64,000 nucleotides of DNA from Squalus acanthias (taxonomy: Eukaryota), in the NCBI GenBank assembly GCA_030390025.1, contig CM059425.1, forward strand, positions 163,682,001 to 163,746,000. Reading direction: 5' to 3'. Made by a program: the position numbers and the translations under genes. This document shows, in pieces, positions 38,440 through 49,832 of this stretch (position 1 is its first letter; each line of letters starts with the position of its first letter). Under the pieces are notes generated by a model that was given only the letters and a program-made list of their open reading frames with translations, was not told where the DNA came from and did no database searches.

Positions 38440-39610
38440 TACAGGAGGCTTGTTAGAAAAATTCAGACATATGGTGCAAAAGGAAATATAACAGCATGGA
38501 TAAAAAGTTTCTAAAGGAAAGGAAACAAAGGAAGGGTTAGAGTTCATGGATGTTGCTCAGCATGGAGAAGTTGTAACTGGTACACTCAGGATCAGTAATA
38601 CAAGCAGAAAATGTTGGAAATACTTGTCAGGCAGCATCTGTGGAGAGAATAACAGAGTTAACGTTTCAGGTCGATGACCTTCAAAGGTCTGCTTTTATTT
38701 CAGATTTCCAGCATCGACCGTATTTTGCTTTTGTACTCAGGATCAGTGCTGTATGCGCTTTATGATTCAGGCATCGGAAGCAAGATTTCAAAATTTGCTG
38801 ACGACACAAAAGTAGGGTTTGGCAAGAGGAGGACTCAAAAGATTTTACAAGGATAGATAGATTACCGGAATGGGCAGACAGATTGCAAATGCAATTTAAG
38901 AGAGAAATATGAGGTTTAAGGGGAAAAACATGGAATGGAGCATAGTGAATGGAAAGACATGAAAGGATAATAAAGATAGACCGAAGGATTCGAATACATA
39001 TTCCCTGAAAGTGCAAGTGCAGATACATAAAGCCGTAAAAAAAAAAACAGCATTGTGGGTTTTTATAAATCGGGGCAAAGAGTACAATAGTAAAGAAGTA
39101 ACAACAATTTTGTATGAAACACTAGTTAGGCTACAGTTGGAGTAGCATGTGCTGGTGTGGCACCCCATTATAGAAAGGGCATTAAAGTCAGAGACCAAAC
39201 AGCATAGATTAACCAGGATATCAGGGATGAGCAACTATAGTTACGGAGAGAGACTGGAGATACCTAGCCAATAGGGAATTTGATAGAAGTTTTTAAAGTT
39301 ATGAAAGCTTGAGAGGGAATAGGGAAAGAATATTTCCTCTGGTTGGAGAGTTAGTGACTGGGGATCATTCATTTAAAATTACCAAGACAATGAGAGGTTA
39401 GGAGAAATTACTTTTATGCATGGAGCATGGAACGCTTTGCCATAGGGAAGCAAAGATCGGTGCATCTTTCAAAGGAAAAGTGGATAAATATTTGAAGCAG
39501 AAGAAAATACAGGTCCATGGGGAGAGCGCAGGGCAGTGGAATTAATTCTGGATTGTTCCAGCAAAGAACCACGCAGACAGTGCACCGAATGGCCTCCTTC
39601 TAGAAGTTTC
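38440..39610 (+). mobile_element. Old degraded CR1 RT fragment, interrupted at 38597-38734
   Basis: aaatttgctgacgacacaaaa (KFADDTK), ctagttaggctacagttggagtag, and 3' UTR ccgaatggcctccttct. Confidence 0.8.
38597..38734. mobile_element. Penelope-like terminal-repeat insertion with internal inversion
   Basis: 13-bp TSD ACTCAGGATCAGT at 38584-38596 and 38735-38747; first part on minus strand, last ~45 bp on plus strand. Confidence 0.82.
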
Positions 39611-40177
39611 CATAGTTCAAAAAGCAGCCCAGTGAGAATCACCTTTTAATTTTGATTTCATATCTAATAGGGAAGTAAAGGACTTCCACTTGGCACTCTC
39701 AATAGTATAGCCTAGATTGGCAACTCTGCATGGGAAACAGATCTTATTACTCTCCATCATAGTACTGCCCAAAATGCTCATTGGTTCGATCAATATCGAT
39801 TCCTACATTAGTCACAGCTCACATCACAGTGCATTACAAGCATGCATCAGAACAAAAAAGTTAAGATTAATTTTCAAGATGGCCAAGATGTGCTACCTAA
39901 GTTTTATTAAGGATAAAACATACTTAATGTGGAAACATTAGCTTGTACTTTGCTACTCACCCTGGTCATGAGGTTCACTAGCCTACAAAAACAGTTAAAA
40001 GACTCAGTGAATGTACACAATATTTTTGACCCATTTGCAGCCTTACCAAGGGCCAAGGCAATGATGCACCACTAATATTTGTTTTGAGCAGGACCGAAAC
40101 AAACAGAAAAAAGACTAGTCTTTCCATTTACTTTATTGTTCCAGGCAGACAAACCTTATACCCCCACCTCCCGAAAC

Positions 40178-43100
40178 CCCGGGAGATTCAAAAAGGTGAG
40201 CGAGAGCGGCTGGAGAGCGCGAGACCTCGGGAGATTCAAAAGGTGAGCGAGAGCGGCTGGAGAGCGGGAGATTCAAAATGTGAACGGGGGCTACAACGGA
40301 CTGGTGAGTGTAAAGAAGTAAAAAGTAATCGAAGTGTGACGTCACCAGAAAGCAGGTAAGTGATTGGTTGGTGAGTATTTCTCTATTTCGCGCTTTTTTC
40401 CAAACTTGGGCGTCTAAATTTAAGTGCCTTGGTGTACATTAAAAGATAAGTGTTCCAAATTTTAAAATTAATTAATTGAGATGGGAGACCAGGCAATGTG
40501 TTGTTGCATGTGGGAGCTGGTGGACACCATTGAGGTCCACAGCGACATCTGCAGCAAATGTTGGCTGCTCGAGGAACTTCGACTCAGAGTTGATGAGCTG
40601 CAGTCCGAGCTTCAGACACTGCGACACATTAGGGAGGGGGAGCGTTACCTGGACACCAAGTTCCAAGAGGCAGTCATACCCATAGAGTAATTACTTCCAA
40701 TTTGGCCCATGGTCAGAGACAGGAGGGTGTGACTACAAGCGAGGCAGGTATTGGGATCCAGGAGGTAGTGATGGAGGAGCCTCAGCCCTTGACCTTGTCC
40801 AACAGGTACGAGATTCTTGCTCAGTGTGGACGAGGGCAGAGCCTGCAGGGAGGATGAGCAATCTGACCACAGCACCGTGATACAGGGAGACATTCAAGTG
40901 GGGGGGAGTAAAAAGAAATGTTGTAGTGATAAGGGACAGTATAGTTAGGAGGATAGATACTGTTCTCTGCAGCCGAGAGTGAGTCCCAAAGGCTGTGTTG
41001 CCTGCCTGGTGCCAGGGTTAAGGACATCTCCTCTGGGCTGCAGAGAAACTTGGAGTGGGAGGGGGAAGATCCAGTTGTCATGGTCCACGTAGGTACCAAT
41101 GACATAGGTAGGACAAAGAAAGAGGTTCTGCTGAGAGAGTATGAGCAGCTAGGGGCTAAATTAAAAAGCAGAACCACAAAGGTAATAATCTCTGGATTAC
41201 TACCTGTGCCACGAGCAAATTAGGGTAAATAAGATCAGAGAAATGAACAAGTGGCTCAAAGACTGGTGTGGGAGAAATGGGTTTGGATTGTGGGGCACTG
41301 GCACCAGTACTGGGATAAGAGGGAGCTGTTCTGTTTGGATGGGCTTCACTCGAACTATGCTGGGGCTAGAGTCCTGGCGAATTGAATAACTAGGGCTGTA
41401 GAGAAGGCTTTAAACTAAATAGTGTGGGGAGGGTCCAGGTGAGCGGGAATTTAAAAAGTCAATGAGAAAGCAATAGAGCAGCATAGAGATGGGGGAAATA
41501 ATAACCAGAGTGTGACAGGAAGGGACAGAATGTTTAAAAATAAGAGTGCAACAGAAAATGAGGCCAAAACAAGGAAAAATGGTAAAAAGGAAGTTAAAAG
41601 CTCTATACCTGAATACACAGCATTTGTGACAAGATAGATGAGTTGATGGCACAAATAGATACAAATGGGTATGATTTGATTGCCATTACAGAGACATGGC
41701 TGCAAGGTGACCAGGGCTGGGAACTGAATATTCCAGGGTATATGATAATTCGGAAGGATAGACAGAAAGGAAAGGGAGGTGGGGTGGCTTTGTTGGTAAA
41801 AGATGGGATCAGTGCAGTGGTGAGAAGTGATATTGGCTCAGAAGATCAAGATGTAGAATCAGTTTGGTGGAGATAAAAAATATGGAGAAAAAGTATCTGG
41901 TGTGCGTAGTCTACAGGCCCCCAAACAGTAGCAATACTGTCGGATAGAGTATAAAACAACAAATAATGGAGGCCTGTAAAAAAGGTACGGTAATAATCAT
42001 GGGTGATGTTAATCTCCATATTGATTGGACAAATCAAATTGGCCATGGTAGCCTTGAGGAGGAGTTCATAGAGTGCATCTGGGATGGTTTCCTAGAACAG
42101 TATGTCATGGAACCAACCAGGGAGCAGGCTATCTTGGATCTGGTACTATGTAATGAGACAGAATTAACAAATGATCTCATAGTAAAAGATCCATCCTCTA
42201 GGAAAGAGTGATCATAGCATGGTTGAATTTCAAATTCAGTTGGAGGGTGAGAAAGTTGTATCTCAAACCAGTGTCCTGATCTTAAACAAAGGCAATTACA
42301 ATGGCATGAGGGCAGAACTGGCTAAAGTGGACTGGAAAAACAAATTAAAGGCTAAGACTGTTGAAATGCAGTGACGGACATTTAAAGGAGATATTTCATA
42401 ACGCTCAACAAAAATATATTCTAGTGAGAAAGAAAGATTTTAAGAGAAGGGAGCACCATCCAAGGCCAACTAAGGAAGTAAAGGATGGTATCAAATTGAA
42501 AATGAAGGCATACAATGTTGCCAAGATTGGTGGGAGACCAGAGGATTGGGAAATTTTTTTAAACCAGCAAAGGGTGACTAAAGAGAGATGAATTATGAGA
42601 GTAAACTGGCAAGGAATATTAAAACAGATAGTAAGAGCTTCTACAGGTATATAAAAAGGAAGAGGGTAGCTAAAGTAAACGTTGGTCCCTTAGAGGATGA
42701 GACTGGGGAATTAATAATGGGGAATGGGGAAATGGCAGAGGCTCTGAACAAATATTTTGTATCTGTCTTCATGGTAGAAGACACTAACATCCCAATAATG
42801 GATAATCAAGGGGGGGGGGGGGGGGTAACTAAAGACAATCACGATCACAAAGGGAAAAAGTACTTGGTAAAATAATGGGACTAAAAGACAACAAGTCCCC
42901 TGGACCAGATGGCCTGCATCCCAGGGTCTTAAAAGAAGTGGCTGCAGAGATAGTGGATGCATTGGTTGCAATATACCAAAATTCCCTGGACTCTGGAGAG
43001 GTCCCAGCGGATTGGAAAACCGCAAATGTAACACCCCTATTTAAGAAAGGAGGGAGACAGAAAGCAGGAAACTATAGACCAGTTAGCCTAACATCTGTCG

Positions 43101-45806
43101 TTGGGAAAATGCTGGAGTCCTTCATTAAGGAAGCAGTAGCAGGGCATTTGGAAAATCATAAAACCATGTTGACTCTGCTTGACTGCATTATGAAAGGGAA
43201 ATCACGTTTAACAAATTTGCTGGAGTTCTTTGAGGATGAGGATAGCAGAGCACTTGGAAAACAGTGACAGGATTGGACAAAGTCAACATAAATTTACAAA
43301 GGTAAATCATGCTTGACTAATCTACTGGAATTTTTTGAGGATGTAACTGGTAGAATAGATAAGGGAGAACCAGTGGATGTGGTGTATTTGGACTTTCAGA
43401 AGGCTTTCGATAAGGTCCCGCATAAGAGATTAGCATGCAAAGTTAAAGCACACGGGATTGGGAGTAAGGTACTGTCTTGGATAGAGAACTGGTTGGCAGA
43501 CAGGAAGCAAAGAGTTGGAATAAACGGGTCTTTTTCCGAGTGGCAGGCAGTGACTAGTGGGGCACCGCAGGGATCGGTGCTAGGACCCCAGCTATTCACA
43601 AAATATATAAATGATCTAGACGAGGGAACTAGATGTAATATCTCCAAGTTTGCAGACGACACAAAGCTGGGTGGGCATGTGTGCTGTGAGGAGGATGCAG
43701 AGAAACTCCAGTATGATTTGGACAGGTTGGGTGATTATACTGCATGTGCCGTGCATCTGCCCAATGTGGATAAATGCGAGGTTATCCACTTCGGTGGCAA
43801 AAACAGGAAGACAGATTATCTGAACGGTAATAGATTGGGAAAAGGGGAAGTGCAACGAGACCTGGGTGTCCTTGTGCACCAGTCGCTGAAGGTAAGCATG
43901 CAGGTGCAGCAGGCGGTTAAGAAGGCAAATGGTACGTTGGCCTTCATAGCGAGAGGATTCGAGTACAGGAGCAAGGATGTCTTGCTGCAGTTGTACAGGG
44001 ACTTGGTAAGACCACACCTTGAGTATTGTGTGCAGTTTTGGTCACCTTATCTGAGGAAGGATGTTCTTGCCATGGAGAGAGTGCAGCGAAGATTCACCAG
44101 ACTGATACCTGGGATGGCAGGAATGACGTATGAGGAGAGATTGGGTCGATTAGGCTTATAGGTCGCTAGAGTTTAGAAGAATGAGAGGGGATCTCATTGA
44201 AACTTGTAAAATTCTAAGAGGACTAGACAGACTAGATGCAGGAAGGATGTTCCCGATGGCAGGGGAGTCCAGAACCAGGGGTCACAGTCTAAGAATAAGG
44301 GGTAAGCCATTTAGGACTGAGATGAGGAGGAATTTCTTCACCCAGAGAGTGGTGAACCTGTGGAATTCTCTACCACAGAAGGCAGTTGAGGCCAAGTCAG
44401 TAAATATATTCAAGAAGGAGTTAGATATATTTCTTAAGGCTAAAGGGATCAAGGGATATGGGGAGAAAGCAGGGACAGGGTTCTGAATTTGGATGATCAG
44501 CCATGATCTCATTAAATGGCGGAACAGGCTCGAGGGGCCGAATGGCCTACTCCTGCTCCTATCTTCTATGTTTCTATGTAATGAGCAGGGTGAACAAAGG
44601 TGAGCCAGTGGATGTGGTGTATTTGGATTTCCAGAAGGCATTCGATAAGTTGCCACATAAAAGGTTACTGCATAAGATAAGAGCTCATAGAGTTGGGGGT
44701 AATATATTAACATTAATAGAGAATTGGCGAACTAACAGAAAGCAGAGAGTCGGGATAAATGGGTCATTTTCCAGGTGGCAAACGATAACTAGTAGGGTGC
44801 CACAGGGATCAGTGCTGGGGCCTCAACTATTTACAATCTACATTAATGACTTGGATGAAGGGACAGAGTGTAATGCAGCCGAGTTTGCGGATGATACAAA
44901 GATGGGTGGAAAAGCAAGTTGTGCAGAGGACTCAAAGAATCTGCAATGGGATATAGACAGATTAAGTGGGTGGGCAAACATTTGGCAGATGGAGTATAAG
45001 GTGGGAAAGTGCGAGGTTATCCACTTTGGCAGGAAAAATAAAAAAGCAAAATTATTTAAATGGAGAGAGATTACAAAAGGCAACAGTTCAGAGGGACCTG
45101 GGAGGTCCTTGTGCATGAAACAAAGTTAGCATGCAGGTACAGCAAGTAATCAAAAAGGCAAATGGAATGTTGGCCTTTATTGCAAGGGGGTTGGAGTACA
45201 AAAGCAGGGAAGTCCTGCTACAACTGTACAGGGTATTGGTGAGACCACACCTTGAGTACTGCGTACAGTTTTGGTCTCCTTAGTTAAGGAAGGATATACT
45301 TGCATTGGAGGCAGTTCAGAGACGATTCACTAGGTTAATTCCAGAGATGAGGGGGTTGACTTATGAGGAAGGGTTGAGCAGGTTGGGCCTATACTCATTG
45401 GAATTTAGAAGAATGAGAGGTGATCTTATTGAAACATACAAGATACTGAGGGGGCTCGACAAGGTAGATGCAGAGAGGATGTTTCCCTTCGTGGGGAAAT
45501 CTAGAACTCGGGGGCATAGTCTCAGAATAAAGGGTCGCCCTTTTAGAACTGAGATGAGGAGGAATTTCTTCTGAGGGTCGTAAATCTGTGGAATTCTCTG
45601 CCGCAGAGAGCCGTGGAGGCTGGGTCATTAAATACATTTAAGGTGGAGAGACAGACAGATTTTTGCAAGATAAGGGAGTGAAGGGTTATGGGGAGCAGGC
45701 AGGGAAGTGGCTTTGAGCCCAAGATCAGCCATGATCTTATTGAATGGTGGAGCAGGCTCGAGGGGCCAAGTGGCCTATTCCTGCTCCTATTTCTTATGTT
45801 CTTATT
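40178..45806 (+). mobile_element. Near full-length CR1 LINE (5' UTR repeats, ORF1 esterase, ORF2 EN-RT); inactive and interrupted by a nested CR1
   Basis: ORF1 ~40481-41418: C-x2-C/coiled-coil ICSKCWLLEELRLRVDELQSEL, then SGNH/GDSL-type motifs (DSIVR, CLPGARVKD, VHVGTND). ORF2 pieces DLIAITETWL, GDVN, LDLVL, SPGPDGLHP, YRPVSLTS, QGSVLGP, FADD. Tail ttcttatgttcttat. Several stops and frameshifts. Confidence 0.95.
43239..44578 (+). mobile_element. Younger 5'-truncated CR1 nested in the same orientation inside the host CR1 RT
   Basis: ORF 43313..44161 (282-aa RT) and 44181..44486 with its own 3' UTR and tail ttctatgtttctatg. The host sequence ...TTTGAGGATG|TAATGAGCAGG (FEDVMSRV) resumes at 44579. 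Confidence 0.92.
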
Positions 45807-47237
45807 AAATCGATCAGACAAATGAAAGTGAATTTAAACAGCATTCTTCTGAATCACATTACATGGACATATAAATCTGCAACTTGAAAAGCAAGCAATG
45901 CTCAGACATTCTTAAAAAAAACCTCAACTCGAAGAGCTTTGGGAAATCATTGGGGAAACTTTCCCAACCAGTTAAGGAGGTACAAAGATCACTGAACTGG
46001 AAAACATCTAACTTTTTTCTTTAAAATGACAATGCAAACAAAGCTAGCAGCTAGAAATACATTTACCCTAGTTTTGATGCTTTATAGCTTTTATGTTTGT
46101 TCGGTTTGATTTTAGAGTTATGAAAAACTGATTTTTATCTAATGCTATTTCATTCTCAATTTATTCTCATCTGGTTAAAATCTTTAAATGTAACTATTAC
46201 TAGAACTTAATGGTTTACTGGATTACGTGGTGTCCAGGGAACCTACTTTCCAAATAAAGCAGTGTTGTCCAATAGAAATCAGTGACTAGTCACAGGCCTG
46301 GCTACAGTGACACCGTTTTAGCCACATGCACTAATTTCAGTAGAATTTAAAAAAAATATATACACACAATATTTGCTTAAACATCTACCATTCAGTGTGA
46401 AACTTTGCAGCCATTTTCATTCATCCAAGTTTGGAAATCTGACAGCACATCTTCGTGCAGCTTCTAGGTTTTTGTCCAGCAGTTGTGAGCGGCACTTTGA
46501 TTTAGAGTGACTGCTGAGAATGTTGGCTCTCGAGATACACCAGACCCACCCCTGATCTCCATCCAGAGTGCAGTGGTGCCGCTTGCTCGGTCATGACTTG
46601 CCCTGTTGGAGCTGCAAGTTATTGCTTGCGCTTGCTTTCTACTGCTGGATTGGTCGAGCTGACCCGGATGACTGTTCCCTTCTCCATACAATGTTGCTGG
46701 TGTTTCCACGATGGTGTTTTCACCCATGTTACACACCATTTTAGCAAATAACCAATAAGTAGTAACCAAGGAAGTAAAGCACACAACGATCAAAAAATAC
46801 TCATACACTGCTTTTTGTCTTACCATTTTACCAAGAAACACACAAAAAAGGTTAAAATACACATCCATATGCCATGTGAATGAGTATCGAGATCACATGC
46901 CCGGTGACTGTCTATTACTCATTTTTTTAAATTTACTAATCAAAATGCAATTTGCCACAACTGGAATCCCAATTAGTCACGTTTGGCTAGTGTTTAACAT
47001 ATTGGAAAATAGAGAAACCTTCTGTGCGAGGTTCAGAGGGATTTAAAAAAGGTCAAGTTTAACTTTAATTACATCAAAAGATACAAAGTATTCTGTGAAA
47101 TTGCTCCAACTCTAGGAGGTAGTGAAACCTGTATATTAGACACCTTAGGGGCTGGCATCAGCTGCCCTTTATTTGCCATGTCCTTATTTACAAAATGGTC
47201 ATTGAGTGGACTGTAGAAATTCAGTAAACTAAGGCGT

Positions 47238-47353
47238 TCTTTACCCAGCATCCATAGTGACAGAGAAACCGCACTATCCCTGGCATAGAGCCGTGCAAGC
47301 ATTCAATCCCGAGATAGAGCAGTTTCTCTGCCGCTGTGGATGCTGGGTAAAGA
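47238..47353. repeat. Imperfect inverted repeat (~45-bp arms)
   Basis: tctttacccagcatccatagtgacagagaaaccgcactatc versus gatagagcagtttctctgccgctgtggatgctgggtaaaga. Confidence 0.8.
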
Positions 47354-48617
47354 GCTCCCCCATTCCACAAGAGCCGTTTCTTTCACCAGCTGCTGCCTCC
47401 CACTGACCTGAGTGCCCCGTGTTTTAAGTTGGAAATGGGTTTAGTGCATTGAATGCTGCAAATAGTTTGGAATTTGAGTGTCCATAATTTCAGAGTGCCT
47501 CTTGTATATTTTACCATGCAAGTTAGTTGGGTCCCTCAATAAGTGCCTGTTTTTTTGCAGGTGTCTTTTTTGGGAGTGTCCGGTTATACAGGTTTCACTA
47601 CTTATGGATACCAATCAGACTTCTGTGAAAATGAATGAGCAGAAATTGATGATAGTAGTCACTTGCGTTGGCATACCCAATACATGAGTAAATTAATGTT
47701 CAAAAAAATTGAGGAAAGTTTGAAAACAAACCAAAAAAGGGTTTTAAATTGCTAAATGAAGGCTGCAAAAACTTGATTAATTAAGGTGCACTCTTACAGA
47801 CAAACAAGGACAGCGCAATGTCACAAAAACAGCTTTAGTTTATTGAATCAAATAAGTTTTGATCATTGCCTTAAAATGTTGTTTTGCTCATTTTAACAAA
47901 AGACTACTGCAAATGTAACAATCAGGACTATTATAAACCACATCAGCAAACTGACTCCTGACTGCACTGAAATCAGGAGGCAAGAGGCCATCTCTCCAGG
48001 AGGTAGCTTCAGATCACATTTAAGATCATGTTTAAGTTCCCAGGCAGCCCAATGGAACATCTGGGAACTTTAAATTTAATTTTAATGTGAGCAGAGAACC
48101 AACAGTCGCTGCCAATGCTCTGCCAACATTAAAATTTAACACGTATTTGGAAGCCAGTGAATGGAGCTCTGTGCATGCATACGTGCACAGATCTCTGCAG
48201 TCTCTGGGAAGAAAATGACAAAGGACTTAGCAGTCTAGATCAGGTCTACCAGCTCCACATCACATTTCTACTAAAGATACCACTCCTAGTGAGAGATTGG
48301 ATTAAATGACTCCTTAGAAACTTTTCCACATAAAATAAATTCCTGTATTTGAAAGAACAGCTTTAGATGGGCAAATATTACAGAATGGAAAAAGCAGCAT
48401 TTTTTTTTTTAAACAAAGAATCTATTTTCAGGAAACTACAATAAAGGCTTTGCATGTTCAATGTCTTTGGGTACATTGATAGCTATCTTTGGAAAAAGTT
48501 TTATCAAGTATTAACAGGACTGCTAACAGGACTTTTTAAACCACCTAAAACATGAGTGATAGCTTTCAGTATTTATCAAAAAGCACTGCAGACAGTTTAG
48601 TGCTGTTCATAACCTTT

Positions 48618-49154
48618 ACATAAGACATAGGAGCAGGAGGAGGTCATTTGGCCCCTCGAGCCTGCTCCGCCATTCAATAAGATCATGGCTGATCTGATCT
48701 TGGCCTCACCTCCACTTCCCTGCCTGCTCCCCATAACCCTGGGCTCCCTTACCTTTCAAAAATCTGTCTATCTCCACCTTAAATATATTCAATGACCCAG
48801 CCTCCACAGTTCTCTGGGGAGGAGAATTCCAAAGATTCACGACCCTCAGAAGAAATTCCTCCTCATTTCCGATTTAAATGGGTGCCTCCTTATTCTGAAA
48901 TTTTGCCCCCTAGTTCTAGATTCCTCCACGAGGGGAAACAGCCTCTCTGCATCTACCCTGTCAAGCCCCTTCAGAATCTTATATGTTTCAATAATATCCC
49001 CTCTCATTCTTCTAAACTCCAATGAGTATAGGCCCAACCTACTCAATCTTTCTTCATAAGACAACCCCTTCATCTCCGGAATCAACCTCGTGAACTTTCT
49101 CTGAACTGCCTCCAATGCAAGTATATCCTTCCTTAAATAAGGAGACCAAAACTG
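48618..49154 (-). mobile_element. CR1 3' fragment
   Basis: ORF 48846..49259 QFWSPYLRKDILALEAVQRKFTRLIP...; closely similar to the 3' end of the 40178-45806 element. Confidence 0.92.
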
Positions 49155-49314
49155 TGGAAAGTTATAATATTGCACTAAAGGACCAAGTCCTACAATTACA
49201 TCTTGCATTCCTCTTAAGGGCAGATTGATACTTTTGTTACTTATACCCATTTTTTTCAATTAAAGTAATTGTAGGGCTTGGTCCTTTAGTGCAATATTAT
49301 AACTTTCCTCAGTT
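49150..49314. repeat. 50-bp inverted repeat (2 mismatches, 65-bp spacer) at a CR1 5' junction
   Basis: Arms 49150-49199 and 49265-49314 read directly. Confidence 0.9.
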
Positions 49315-49832
49315 GACCCATACCACTGGTTCAGACTTCTACATGGGTCACCCCTCCACTTAGTCCAAGCAAATTTCAGCCTCTGGTGCTGTGCGACCAA
49401 GCTTCACCTTCTCCCCCCCCCCAAAAAAACTTAATTCTGGGTGACAGCTTGATTTCTGGTGGTAGTGGCAGCCACTGTATTTGCTATGTAGAATGCTGGG
49501 CTAGGAGAAAACAATATAATAATTCTATTGCCAATGTGCACTGAAGACCACAGCTGACTGAGGCTAACTGATGGTTAATTAGAAGTACTACAAAAGCCTA
49601 ATGTTGGAATCCAAGGAACAAAAGCACAATTCAGTCGATTTAGTCAATAAAATTGCTCAAGATTGGTACAAGCCCTGTAGAAATTTTCAAAATCTTCCAC
49701 TGAAGATGAGTCACTTAAAAGTAACACTCCGGCCTCTCCCCTCAACATCATACAATAAAAAAAGATATCTTGCATATTTTACAGATCACAAGTCATGAAT
49801 GCAAAGCTCAAGTAGCTTAAAGTAAATTGAGA

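Noticed and set aside
40180..40285. Repeated ~38-bp units as a CRISPR-like array
   Set aside because: Only about 2.5 nearly head-to-tail units without unique spacers, no cas genes; part of the CR1 5' UTR.
43313..44161. 282-aa RT ORF as a functional gene or prokaryote-type RT system (retron, DGR)
   Set aside because: It is the 5'-truncated ORF2 of a CR1 LINE with a premature stop and an internal inversion; the context is a vertebrate intron.
46464..46868. 134-aa minus-strand ORF as an extra ELL2 exon or nested gene
   Set aside because: No recognisable homology; ELL2 exons 2 and 3 already join in frame without it.
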